From an uncultured Methanoregulaceae archaeon (GTDB lineage: Archaea; Halobacteriota; Methanomicrobia; Methanomicrobiales; Methanospirillaceae), in the NCBI GenBank assembly GCA_963705255.1, contig OY970061.1:128001-192000 (forward strand): a DNA stretch of 64,000 nt. Reading direction: 5' to 3'. Below the pieces are notes generated by a model that was not told where the DNA came from, ran no database searches, and saw nothing but the letters and a program-made list of their open reading frames with translations. This document shows, piece by piece, positions 42,357 to 53,019 of this stretch; position 1 is the first letter of the stretch, and each line of letters opens with the position of its first letter. The position numbers were made by a program, and so were the translations under genes.

Positions 42357-43019
42357 TCAGGTGCCGATTCCGACACTTTCACCCGGGTTCAGGACCTGCA
42401 CCTTCAGATCGCTCGTCCGCTCGACCGCTTTTTTGAATGCGTGCGGATCGGCAGCTATCCTGTCCCAGGTGTTGTAATGGATCGGGATCACCAGCTTTGC
42501 CCCGATATAATTTGCCGCCATCATCGCTTCCGCACCACCCATCGTGTACCTCCCCCCGATCGGGAGCAGGGCGACATCCGGGTGGTAGAGGTCACCGATC
42601 AGCTTCATATCCGAGAAGAGGGCCGTGTCCCCGGCATGATAGACCCTTACGTTGTCCATGCCGATGACGAAGCCGGCTGCCGTCCCCCCGAACACCGGTA
42701 TCCCCCCCTCGTCGATGGAACCGGAATGGAGTGCAGGTGTCATCGTGAAGGTCACCCCGTCGACCGTGAGGGTCCCGCCGATATTCATGCCCTCCGAGGG
42801 GACGCCCCTGCTTTTGAGGAATCTGGCGATCTCGGATATCGCCACGGTCTTCTTTGCGAGCGAGACCGTCTCGCCCATGTGGTCGTTATGCCCGTGAGTG
42901 ACCGCGACGATATCAGGATTCGTCCCGGCAACACTTCCGCCTTCGATAAACGGGTCGATAAGGACTTTTTTTGTGCCGGAGAGGAGCACACAGGAATGGC
43001 CAAGGTACGTAAGCTGCAT
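42357..43019 (-). CDS. UPF0173 metal-dependent hydrolase (metallo-beta-lactamase fold)
   Basis: LGHS, THGHNDH, YHAGDTALFSDM, LLPIGG, IPIHYNTW. Confidence 0.93.
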   Translation of the reverse strand: MQLTYLGHSCVLLSGTKKVLIDPFIEGGSVAGTNPDIVAVTHGHNDHMGETVSLAKKTVAISEIARFLKSRGVPSEGMNIGGTLTVDGVTFTMTPALHSGSIDEGGIPVFGGTAAGFVIGMDNVRVYHAGDTALFSDMKLIGDLYHPDVALLPIGGRYTMGGAEAMMAANYIGAKLVIPIHYNTWDRIAADPHAFKKAVERTSDLKVQVLNPGESVGIGT

Positions 43020-43132
43020 ATATGCAGATCCGGTTACTCTCGGATGAAATTTACCATCTGCACATGCAATGATAAAAACCGGGGGCGGAGTGCCAGTAAA
43101 AAGGGACGGACGTTGTATCGGATACCGATCCT

Positions 43133-43741
43133 TTACGTCACATCGATCAGCTCAGCTTCGGTGATGTCGATGGAGTCGCCAAGACTGTCGGCGGTAGCGC
43201 TCCGGGTCATCTGCTCGGAGAGGTCCCGGTCCTCCATCACATCACGGATCCGGTCGATGTACTGGTCAATGGTCGGGTCTTCCTGCTCTTCGATCACGTG
43301 CCGGTACTCGCGGAGGGTCGAAGGGCTCACGCCGAGTTCTTCAGAAACCTCCTTCATGGTCTTACCGGACTCGATCAGCTCCTCCATCTTCACCTTGTCA
43401 AAGGGCATCCTGAAGTCGAGCTCCCGGAAGAGTTTGAGTCTCACGCGGGCCCGTGCGACCGTCTTGCTCAGCTTCTCGTCCCCCAGCTCGCGGGCAATTT
43501 CCGTGTCATTCTTTCCTGCATAGAATGACGTCACGAGCTTTGCGAGCTGGATCGGTTTCAAGGAGGTCTTGAAGATCCCCTGTTCCGTGATCTCTCTCAT
43601 AACGAGAGCGACCTCGCGTTCGATCGCGTCGCTGTCTCTCAGGGTTCCATGGATATTCTTCATGGGCTCGACGATCTTCGTCTTGCCTGACATGGTACTG
43701 AAGAGTTTCAGAAGATGTGCCTTGCGTTTGTCTTCGGTCAT
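43133..43741 (-). CDS. conserved archaeal HTH-containing protein
   Basis: NDTEIARELG and KEVSEELGVSPSTLREY HTH-like segments. Confidence 0.75.
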   Translation of the reverse strand: MTEDKRKAHLLKLFSTMSGKTKIVEPMKNIHGTLRDSDAIEREVALVMREITEQGIFKTSLKPIQLAKLVTSFYAGKNDTEIARELGDEKLSKTVARARVRLKLFRELDFRMPFDKVKMEELIESGKTMKEVSEELGVSPSTLREYRHVIEEQEDPTIDQYIDRIRDVMEDRDLSEQMTRSATADSLGDSIDITEAELIDVT

Positions 43742-44023
43742 TGCATACCCCGTATTGGGATTAGGATATACAATACTTCGTCAACTATTTAATGCTATCT
43801 TTATGCGTTGTTTGACCAAAAGACCTTTAAATTGGTGTTTGCCATTCATACATCCGGGTAGGGTTCCGTGCGCAGATCGCCCGGTATTTCCGTGTTTTTG
43901 CCGCCCGCCTTATGGTCCCTTGTATGCACGGCCGGGTACAGAGAAGGAGTCTTGGTGGAGGGAGGAGAGTCTTTTTGTCGCCAGTCGTGCAACTCTATAA
44001 GAGACGAGTAATTCGTGATCACC

Positions 44024-45746
44024 ATGAGCGATGTCTTTGAGAACGTGATGGAGCTTGCCAGACGCCGCGGGTTCATCTGGCCCACCTCGGAGTGCTACGG
44101 GGCGGTGGCCGGCTTCATCGACTACGGCCCCCTCGGTGCGATGATGAAACGGCGTATCGAGAATATCTGGCGGGATTTTTATGTCATCCGGGAGGGCTAT
44201 TACGAGATCGAGTGCCCGACCATTGCGCAGGAGGCAGTTTTTATCGCCTCCGGCCATGTGGCAGGGTTCGCCGACAAGATGTGCCAGTGCCCGCACTGCA
44301 GGGAATACCTCCGGGCGGACCATGTTGCCGAAGGCGGGGGGATACGGAACGCGTCCACGATGAAGAACGAGGAACTCTCCGCGGCACTCGCCACCTGCAG
44401 ATGTCTGGCCTGCGAAGAGGTGCTCGGCACGGTCGAGGTCTTCCAGTTCAACCTGATGTTCAGGACCATGATCGGCCCGGGCTCGCAGAGGACCGGCTAC
44501 CTGCGGCCCGAGACGGCCCAGGGGATGTTCGTCGATTTTACCCGGTTGCTCCGGTTCTATCGCGACAAACTCCCGTTCGGCGCTGTCCAGATCGGGAAGT
44601 CCTACCGCAACGAGATCTCGCCCCGGCAGGGCATGATCCGTCTCCGGGAGTTCACGCAGGCGGAAGCGGAGATCTTCGTCCACCCCGACGAGAAGGACCA
44701 CCACCCGTCGTTCCAGCGGTACGCAAACTACAGGATGCCGCTCCTCACCTCGGACCAGCAGCTCGCCTGCAAGGAGGCGGTCTCCCTCTCGATGCGGGAA
44801 GCCGTGGACAAGGGGGTGATCGCAAACGAGTACGTGGCGTATTACGTGGCCCTCACCCACGAGCTCGATGATCACGATCGGGATCAAACCGGAGCGGCTC
44901 CGCTTCCGGCAGCACCTGCCGGACGAGCTCGCCCATTACGCGAACGACTGCTGGGACGCAGAAATCTTCTCACCGAGGTTCGGCTGGGTCGAGACGGTCG
45001 GGATCGCGGACCGCACCGATTACGACCTGAACGCCCACGCGAAGCAGAGCGGAACCCCGATGACGGTCTTCATCCAGTATAAGGAGCCCCGGAAAGTCCC
45101 CCGGCGGCGGATCATCCCCAACATGGGGGTGCTCGGGAAGCAGTACCGCACCAAGGCGAAGGCGATCTTTGCCGCCCTCGCGACGGCAACCCCCGACAGC
45201 TCGGGAGCCGACGTGGTCGTGGACGGGGAGAAGATCCACATACCGCCCGACCTGTTCGAGGTCCGGGACGAGATCGTAGAAGTCCGTGGTGAAGATATCG
45301 TCCCGCACGTGATCGAACCCTCGTACGGGATCGACCGGATGTGCTACGCAGTCCTCGAGCAGGCCTATGACGAGGACACCGCGGATGGCGAGAAACGGAT
45401 CGTGATGCGGTTCTCGCCGAACGTCGCGCCTGTCCAGGTCGCTGTTTTCCCCCTTATGTCCCGCGACGGTCTCGACACGATTGCCCAGGAGATCGCGGGG
45501 AAACTCCAGAAGAAGGGGATCCTTGCGGAATACGACGACAGTGGTGCGATCGGGCGGCGTTACCGGCGGCAGGACGAGATCGGGACACCCTTCGCGATTA
45601 CCGTCGATTACGATACGAAGGAGAACAACACCGTCACACTCCGGGACCGGGACAGCATGAGACAGGTCCGGGTTTTTATCAATAAGCTGCCGGAGGTCGT
45701 CGGGTCGCTTGTTGAGGGGAACCTGACGTTTGGGGAGATAGAGTGA
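44024..45746 (+). CDS. glyS: glycine--tRNA ligase (archaeal/eukaryotic alpha2 type), split by a +1 indel near 44867
   Basis: DYGPLG, LRPETAQG, YRNEISPRQGMIRLREFTQAEAE, IEPSYGIDR, IGRRYRRQDEIGTP. Confidence 0.97.
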
Positions 45747-45890
45747 ACATAGTAAAATTTTAAAAAATGTTATCGCCACTGAGCAATTCTTTTAGGAGAG
45801 AAGGAGAAGTTTTTCAGTTTCATCTGTTTTGTAGCGTGAAAATTTTCCTTATCGTCTGATTTATAACCCGGCATTGATGATACAATAATT

Positions 45891-46274
45891 ATGAGCGTTC
45901 CGACGGTTACGGCAACACCGATCAAGGATTTTATCCAGTCTGCGATCATGCAGATCAAAGAATCACTCCCTAACGATGCAAGGATCGATGGAATCATCAA
46001 TATGAAAATAACTACCATCGTTCAAAGAGGAAAAGGTGGAGGGATCGATCTAAAAGTTTTGGAATGGGGCGCCGATGCCTCGACAAGTCAAACTCAAGAA
46101 CTTATCATACCGATCAGAATTCTCACCGACACCGGACTTACGCTTGAAAAAGCTATGAAAGCTGAATTTGAATCACGAATAGCGAAAGCAGAGACGGAGA
46201 GGAAGTTGGAGGAGCTAAAATCTTCGAACATTGGAAAACCATCTGTCCGTGTAAGCTCCACATCGTCTCGTTAG
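45891..46274 (+). CDS. hypothetical protein, Trypco2-like
   Basis: IKDFIQSAIMQIKESL..KITTIVQRGKGGGIDLKVLEWGADASTSQTQELIIPI; lower GC than its neighbours. Confidence 0.6.
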   Translation: MSVPTVTATPIKDFIQSAIMQIKESLPNDARIDGIINMKITTIVQRGKGGGIDLKVLEWGADASTSQTQELIIPIRILTDTGLTLEKAMKAEFESRIAKAETERKLEELKSSNIGKPSVRVSSTSSR

Positions 46275-46327
46275 CGAATTAACGTTTTTTTCCAATATTT
46301 TGCAACCTGAAACTTTCTGAGAATAAG

Positions 46328-46480
46328 ATGGGGGCTGATGCCCCCATACCCCCCTTTGCGATGGACGCCGCCGCCCCGAAGGCCGCCCCGCGGCGGCCTC
46401 ACTTGCCTACAAATCCCCAACCCGTTAATCTGCCCCGCCGTGCCCCGTGAGGGGCCCTGAGGCGGGGAGCCCTCGCAAAT
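46328..46480 (+). repeat. dispersed repeat family A, minimal (empty) copy
   Basis: GCGATGGACGCCGCCGCCCCGAAGGCCGCCCCGCGGCGG and TGCCCCGCCGTGCCCC-GTGA-GGGGCCCTGAGGCGGGGAGCCCTCGCAAAT, preceded by ATGGGGGC-TGAT-GCCCCCAT. Confidence 0.85.
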
Positions 46481-46641
46481 CTCAGACATTTTCCCCTGGT
46501 CAGGCACAAAGATATTGTTTAAATTCCCAATTCCAATGCCAATTCTTCAAAATCGCGGGATCTCACGTTTTTCCGTTTACCCTTCTTGATCTGGTCCATA
46601 AGATCCCTATCGGACAAGACCTCTACGGGACTGAAGGAGAA

Positions 46642-46849
46642 TTAAAAATCATCTTCGGTCAATCCGGCAATGGTAATACAACGGTGAACAATGCCAGGTT
46701 TTAGTTCATTGTGCTGCGGGATTGACAGTTCATCGAAAACATCATCTTTCTGCATGATGACATGGCTCCCAGTCTGACGGACAGCAGTCCAGACCCTTTC
46801 GGTGAAGGACTTTGACCATTTCCTTTCCGGAGAGAACGGGGAGCTTCAT
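46642..46849 (-). CDS. hicA: HicA toxin (one +1 indel near 46793), absent from the ORF track
   Basis: MKLPVLSGKEMVKVLHRKG / WTAVRQTGSHVIMQKDD..SIPQHNELKPGIVHRCITIAGL; ATGA overlap with hicB. Confidence 0.85.
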
Positions 46850-47058
46850 GACTCGACAAGGATCTCCCGGAGATTCGGAAGTGACTTGGCGTGACGGGCG
46901 TTGTGGACTTCAAGGTATACTGGAAGAACTTCCCGGATATTTTTCAGCGCCTCCTCCTCAGTCTCTCCCTGGGACATGCATCCCGGGAGACCGGGTACGA
47001 AGACTGAGAAACCACCGCCTTCTTCTGGTACCAACTGAACCTTGATCTTCATTATCAT
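46846..47058 (-). CDS. hicB: HicB antitoxin
   Basis: EEGGGFSVFVPGLPGCMSQGETEEEALKNIRE. Confidence 0.92.
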   Translation of the reverse strand: MIMKIKVQLVPEEGGGFSVFVPGLPGCMSQGETEEEALKNIREVLPVYLEVHNARHAKSLPNLREILVES

Positions 47059-47120
47059 GTTCTTCTACCTCCGGCATTATCTTGTTTTTGGATGTTCTTA
47101 TTCAAAGCACATATCGTACT

Positions 47121-47411
47121 TGCCCCGCCGTGCCTCGAAGTCCTTACGACCTTCTCACATCTCGTCCCTTTGGGACTCAATAACTCGAAAAACCCGCTGG
47201 TTCTTCGAAGAACTCTGTTCTTCTCATCTCTCGAGTCTGATGACTTTCGAGATTCTCCCGTCTCATCCCTCCGGGATTCGAAGAGTCGAAGAACCTTAAC
47301 GGTTCTTCTTGATTTCGTGGTTCTGATGAATCACTCATAAGTCGAAGTTGCACTTCTCCACAGCCCTGCGGGCTGTCCTCGGAGCGGCCCTGAGGCGGGG
47401 GACCCTCACAA
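47121..47411 (+). repeat. repeat family A core2 expanded by about 240 nt (about 10 hairpin modules)
   Basis: TGCCCCGCCGTGCC .. modules .. CTCGGAGCGGCCCTGAGGCGGGGGACCCTC. Confidence 0.88.
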
Positions 47412-48440
47412 TCAAAATGAAATAGCTATGATACTATTTTCAAAAATTCTGAACCTTTCCGGATTTTCCGGAATTTTACAATTCTGTTCAGCATTTCGAT
47501 AAAAAAAATTTTCAGAATAACTAAAAAAATTCCCGAAAAAATTTCCGGATCCTCCCGGGATTTTTAAAAAAAATATTTTTCCGGAATTTTTTGGATTCAA
47601 AAAAAAATTCCAAAACTTTTCACAGTAACTTTTTCTGAAAAATATTTGCTCGTAAAAAAAAGTTTCCGTTCGTTCCGAAAAATTTCCAAAACATGGAAAA
47701 TTTCACCGAAACGGCTGGGGAATAATCCGCTAATCTCTGAGGAGATCCCCGGCTCCCCCATCCATGCCTAAAACCATACCTTTTCTCAATGTGGTAACCA
47801 AAATACGCCTTTATCATCGTTATTTCGCCAAAATATCCGTAAATACCCCCGACTTTATTAACGGGCCTTAGAGGCCTTTTCTTTGGCAGATCTCATGAGA
47901 AACATACCATAGAAGGCATCAAATGAAAACTCACCCATCTATGGGGGTCGATTTCATTTGCAATTTACCGTTATTTTTACAATCGGAGTTATTATAGAAG
48001 ACTTTATTGAAAGCGCAAATCCGGGCATTTTACGGGCTTTTCCGACATCGGCTTCCGGGAAACAGAACCCGTAAATGGCCCGGATTCGGCGCGGAAGGGG
48101 CTTGGAGAGATGAGCCTCCAAGGATCTGATTTTGGGGAATAATGGTGGGTAAATTGACGGTGGGGAATGGTATACCATTTCGATAGTACCATGCTGCAGT
48201 AAATGAATACCGGACTGTTCCGTCCCGGACTTTCTAAAATTTTCAAATTTGAAAATTTTTTTAAATTTTTCCGGATCCTTCCGGAATTTTTTGAAAAATA
48301 TTTTTCCGGAATTTTTTTTAATTTGTACGGTGCCGGGGCCAAGCCCATCCAAAAAAATTTCCGGCCCGACCCGGCTTCGCAAATCGGATCCCTCCCCCAC
48401 CCTTCCCTATATTACCCTCCGCAACCAAACCTCTCACCAG
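47412..48440. repeat. about 1 kb non-coding A/T-tract and CCGG low-complexity region with an imperfect direct repeat of about 50 bp
   Basis: TTTCCGGATCCT(C/T)CCGG(G/A)ATTTTT..AAAAATATTTTTCCGGAATTTTTT at 47542-47592 and 48268-48316. Confidence 0.7.
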
Positions 48441-48444
48441 CCAT

Positions 48445-50684
48445 ATGACCTTCATCAGTCACCCCCTCGTAAAGCCGGACAGCATTGAATCGCGGGAGTA
48501 CCAGCTCTCGGTCGCGATGCGTGCTTTGGACGGCAACACGATGGTGATCCTGCCGACGGGCCTCGGCAAGACAGCCGTGGCGCTGCTCGTCGCCGCCTCC
48601 CGGCTCTATAACGAGGGGGGAAAAGTACTGATGCTTGCCCCGACGAAGCCGCTCGTCGAGCAGCACCTCCGCTATTTCGAACGCTACCTGCTCGCAAAAA
48701 CTTCTCCCGGCTCGGATGCCTCTCCCTTCGTCATGTTCACCGGCGAATCCCCGCCGGATGAACGGACTGCTGACTGGAACCGGGCGACTGTAATCCTTGC
48801 AACCCCGCAGGTTATCAAGAATGATGTCATCGGGGGACGGTACTCGTTAAAAGATGTCTCGCTCCTTGTCGTGGACGAATGCCACCGTGCGGTGGGGAAC
48901 TATGCCTACGTCTTCCTGGCCCAGCGCTACCTGGCTACTGCTGACAAGCCGCTCCTCCTCGCCATGACCGCTTCGCCGGGAGGGGCACCGGAAAAGATGC
49001 AGGAAGTCTGTGCCAACCTCGGGATCACCCGGATCGAGTCCCGGACTGAGAACGATCCCGATGTCCGCCCGTACGTCTTCGAGCGGGACCTCGAGTATAT
49101 CATGATTGAGCTGCCCCTGAGCTCAGGTCGGCTATCGATGTCATCAACGCACTCATCGAGAACCGGCTTGCCCTTCTTGCATCCCTGCACTTCACCGTGC
49201 CGAAACGCGACCGGCTCACGATGAAGGCGCTCAACGCGATCAACGCCCAGATCCAGCAGCGGATCGCGAACCGCGATCCTGCCGCGTATTCCGCGGCCTC
49301 GGTCTACGCGGAGTGCATGAAGCTCAAGCATGCCGTCACCCTTGCGGAATCGCAGGGGAGCGAGGTGCTCAAAGGCTACCTTGCAAAACTCATCGCAGAA
49401 GGAACGGGCGCCGGTGGCAGCAAGGCAAGCCAGCGTCTGGCACAGGACGTGTCGTTCCGCGAGCTCTTTATAGGCTCCACTGGCTGGACAACGGAGCTGC
49501 ACCCGAAGCCGGGGATCGCGCTCGGGTTTGTGAAGGAGCAGCTGGAAACGCACCCGGACAGCAGGATCATCATCTTCGCAACCTACCGGGATACGGTCCA
49601 GCTCCTCGTGGATTTCCTCGCAAAACACGGGATTGCGAGCGAGCGGTTCGTCGGCCAGGCCACGAAGGATGCGGAGAAGGGGCTCAGCCAGAAGAAGCAG
49701 ATCGCGGCGCTGGACCGGTTTCGCAGGGGTGAGTTCAGGGTTTTGATTGCAACGTCGGTCGGGGAGGAAGGGCTTGATGTCCCGTCCACGGACCTGGTGA
49801 TCTTCTACGAGGCGGTGCCCTCGGAGATACGGTCCATCCAGCGCAAAGGCCGGACCGGCAGGTCGGGGGCCGGGAGAGTGGTTGTGCTGGTGACAAAAGG
49901 GACCTCGGACGAGGTGTTCCGCCACGTCAGCCAGGCCAAGGAGAAGATGATGCACAAGAGCATGCGCACGATGGGAAGCATGACATCGGCACCGCCAGTG
50001 CCCGTCACCGTTGAACAGTCGAGCATCGACGAATTTACCCCCGCGGACCAGCGGATGATCATTATCGATGACCGCGAGACGTCCTCCAAAGTCGTGGAAG
50101 TACTCTCGAACCTCGGGGCGTCGATCCGTGTCGAGCGGCTGGCGCACGGGGACTATGCCATCGGGGACCGGATCCTCGTCGAGCGCAAGACCGCCCGGGA
50201 CTTTGTCGACACGCTCATCAACCGCGACCTCCTCGGGCAGGTCAAAGAGATGGCCGAGGCAGTCACGCGCCCGGTGCTGATCATCGAGGGCGGGGACCTC
50301 TACACCCAGCGGGACGTCCACCCGAATGCGATTCGGGGCGTGCTTGCCGCACTCACCGTGGATATGGGGGTATCGTTGCTCTTTACCCGGGACGAGCAGG
50401 ACACCGCCCAGATGCTCTTCGTGCTCGCGAAGCGCGAGGAGGGCGAGCGGGGGGAGCGCAAGGTCCACCCGCACAAGTCGCACCGCTCCCTGAAGGAGGA
50501 GCAGGAGTATATCGTCTCCTCGTTCCCGGAAATTGGTCTTAGAAATGCCCGGCTATTGCTGGCGCATTTCGGTTCGATTCAGGGGATTGTGAATGCTTCC
50601 CTGGAGGAGCTGGTTGCGGTGCGGGGGATCGGGGAGAAGACGGCGGGGAAGGTGTACCAGCTGTGCCGGAGGGGGTATAATTGA
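48445..50684 (+). CDS. hef: Hef helicase-nuclease (SF2 DExH helicase + ERCC4/XPF nuclease + HhH), split by an indel near 49116
   Basis: LPTGLGKT, DECH, TASPG, QRKGRTGR, GDY..VERKT..D, tandem HhH. Confidence 0.95.
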
Positions 50685-50834
50685 ACTCGCTTTTTAGCTC
50701 TTCAGTAAGGCTCAAAAAACTTTGAGGTTCTTTGGGATCCGGCACATCATGCCTCCACTCCCACCACAATTTCATCGGCTGTCATGGGTTTTCTACAGAT
50801 CCAATATGACAAGAGGAGTACACTTTTCCAGAGA

Positions 50835-50994
50835 TCGCGATGAACGCCGCCGCCCCCGGCGGGGCGCCCCCGTGGCGGATCAATTACTTAGAAGAAAAAT
50901 GGTAACCCGCCCCGCCGTGTTCGAAGTTCCTGCGAACTTCTCGACCTCCTTCGTCGGTCCTCGGAGAGGCCCTGAGGCGGGGGATCCTCGTAAA
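50835..50994 (+). repeat. dispersed repeat family A (core1 empty, core2 with a short insert)
   Basis: TCGCGATGAACGCCGCCGCCCCCGGCGGGGCGCCCCCGTGGCGG; GCCCCGCCGTG-T-TC[GAAGTTC-CTGC-GAACTTC]TC..CTCGGAGAGGCCCTGAGGCGGGGATCCTCGTAAAT. Confidence 0.85.
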
Positions 50995-51343
50995 TGAAAT
51001 TATAATCCAGTCGCGTTCAGATGCGTGCATTGTGCGAAACCCGGATTCCATTTATGCGTGAGTTATTGCATTCGCAATTGATCTCCATCAAAAAATTTTC
51101 AATCCCCCCTCACCTCCTCTTCAAATTTTTTCAGGCGTCTCTTGATATCTGGACTTAAATCCCACGCCGGACAAAAAAAATGTGTCAGTTGTACATCTTT
51201 TTGTAGGATAATTATCCGATATCGGCCCACTAACTAACACCCCGCGATCGCGCCTGAAAAATTTTAATCGGGCTTAGGCCACGAAAAACCGGATCACATG
51301 TATCCGGTTTAACGATAGCAAAACAGAAAAAATAATTAAATCC

Positions 51344-51760
51344 TTACAACCGGCACAGGATCTCGAGCGCCTCGGTCCCGGCCTTCACCGCATTCATCAG
51401 GGTGAGGACATGGCCGGCGTCCTTCTCGTTCTGGATCCGTTCGCAGAGGGCATGGATCGTCATCGCGAGCTCGTCGGCAAGCACGCCCCCCTCCCCTTCG
51501 CAGGTACACGCATCCCCCTCATGGTCCGTGCCGCACGTGCATTCCTGCCGGGGTTCGGCGGGAGGCACCTGCGCCGCAGCAGGAGGAGCCGGTTTTTGTG
51601 CAGCCTTTGCCGCCGCTTCGTTCTCTGCGCAGACGACGCAGAACGTCTTTCCCTTGACTTCAAAGAGCGGGCAGCCGCAGGTCTTGCAGGACTTTTCGAG
51701 CATCTTGCCTCCCTTGAGGAGGTACTCAGCCATGATCTCGTCTTCTTTTCGTGCGGGCAT
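51344..51760 (-). CDS. UPF0148 / Sjogren autoantigen p27-like zinc-ribbon protein
   Basis: [29 protein letters not shown]. Confidence 0.88.
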   Translation of the reverse strand: MPARKEDEIMAEYLLKGGKMLEKSCKTCGCPLFEVKGKTFCVVCAENEAAAKAAQKPAPPAAAQVPPAEPRQECTCGTDHEGDACTCEGEGGVLADELAMTIHALCERIQNEKDAGHVLTLMNAVKAGTEALEILCRL

Positions 51761-51839
51761 GGTATCACCGTCTTGTCAATATTTAAACTATATATGTCGG
51801 TTCCGCATATTAACTACAGGTACACAGACAGGTGATACC

Positions 51840-52103
51840 ATGCCAAACCCTGAAAAAACCATGGAAAACTGTATCCTGATGCTGCAGCACATCCAGGAGG
51901 ACAGTTCGATCCCCCGTAATATCCGGCGCGTGGCTGACGAGACCCGGACGCTGCTCACGAACAATTCCAAGGCCATGGGGCTGCGCGCCGCGGAAGCCAT
52001 CTCAAAGATCGATGAAATTTCCAATGATCCCAATATGCCCATCCATGCGCGGACCCGGATCTGGGAGCTCGTATCGCAGCTGGAGACGATCCCGCTGGAC
52101 TGA
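51840..52103 (+). CDS. UPF0147 family protein
   Basis: [30 protein letters not shown]; GGTGA RBS before ATG 51840. Confidence 0.92.
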   Translation: MPNPEKTMENCILMLQHIQEDSSIPRNIRRVADETRTLLTNNSKAMGLRAAEAISKIDEISNDPNMPIHARTRIWELVSQLETIPLD

Positions 52104-52199
52104 TACATCCAGGCTGAACTTTCTTATTTTATCGTGGACCGGGGCATTTTTACCGGGCGAACGCCATCGTTATCCCGATGCGATGGCACCCCCGCCTTT

Positions 52200-52823
52200 T
52201 CAGCCCTCCTCGCTCTGCTTTGCCGGGCAGAAGTTGCAGATGGAGTAAAACACCTCTTTTTCCTTGTCCCGAATCAGGCAGTAGTAGTCTTTTCCCCGCT
52301 GTTCGACCCTGAACCCGCCGGGGAACGGCATCCCTGCGGGGTGGCCGGGTTCGTCGAGGACAAACAGGGTAAATGCCGATATCAGGTAATAGAAGAGCCG
52401 GTTCTTCGGGTTCCGGAAAAATGGGTTGCGCTCGCCTGCGTCGTCCCAGGAAAAAACACCCTCGGGAAGCATCCCGCAGAACTTCCCGAAGATCTCTCGG
52501 TCACGGAGGGGGGAGTCCAGCTTCTTGAAAGCGCCGCTGCGGTGCATGGCGAGGAGGAGGTGATGCTTCCCGAAGAGCTGCTCGCGGAAATACGGCCGGA
52601 TTGCCTCGCGGTACGGGGAGGGAAGTTTCTGGATCTCGATGTTCAGCCTGCCCCCGATGATCTGGAGGTCAAACAGGGAATACCGGGACAATTCGCGGGC
52701 AAGTATCGTGCCGAGGTCGCCTTTCGAGCGGGCTCCCGCGATCCGGTCGGCAACCGAACAGATCTCCCGGTAGACCCCGTCGTCCCGGTCAGCCGGACCG
52801 GATGCTGCTCTGCTGGCTTCCAT
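52200..52823 (-). CDS. DUF2115/UPF0305 family protein
   Basis: YSLFDLQ, DEPGHPAGMPFPGG, YYCLIRDKE..ICNFCPAKQ; start uncertain (52823 or 52868). Confidence 0.88.
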   Translation of the reverse strand: MEASRAASGPADRDDGVYREICSVADRIAGARSKGDLGTILARELSRYSLFDLQIIGGRLNIEIQKLPSPYREAIRPYFREQLFGKHHLLLAMHRSGAFKKLDSPLRDREIFGKFCGMLPEGVFSWDDAGERNPFFRNPKNRLFYYLISAFTLFVLDEPGHPAGMPFPGGFRVEQRGKDYYCLIRDKEKEVFYSICNFCPAKQSEEG

Positions 52824-53019
52824 GCACAATCCCGAACCCTGGTTGTAGTGTTGTTCTTTCCTATCCAAAAATGTCGCTGTGCCATTTCAACCGTTGCGGT
52901 CCGTCCGGCAGAATGGAAAATTGCGAAGCAGCGGGTTTTTGCTGGCAGATATCCTGTCCTGGCAGCCTTTTTTGCCTTGATATATTTATACATCAAAGAA
53001 TACCATATGATCCTGACTC

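Noticed and set aside
44024-45746. glyS, gyrA, gyrB and hef as pseudogenes
   Set aside because: They are core genes with intact motifs and isolated single-base indels, so sequencing error is far more likely
47135-47376. CRISPR array
   Set aside because: No constant repeat alternating with unique spacers of regular length, and no cas genes
46328-47411. Integron attC sites
   Set aside because: No RYYYAAC/GTTRRRY boxes bounding the hairpins and no integron integrase in the window; kept only as an analogy
48927-50483. Long antisense ORFs (also 1992-2930, 5539-6642, 26367-27749, 59775-62151)
   Set aside because: They are shadows of GC-rich codon usage opposite well-supported genes
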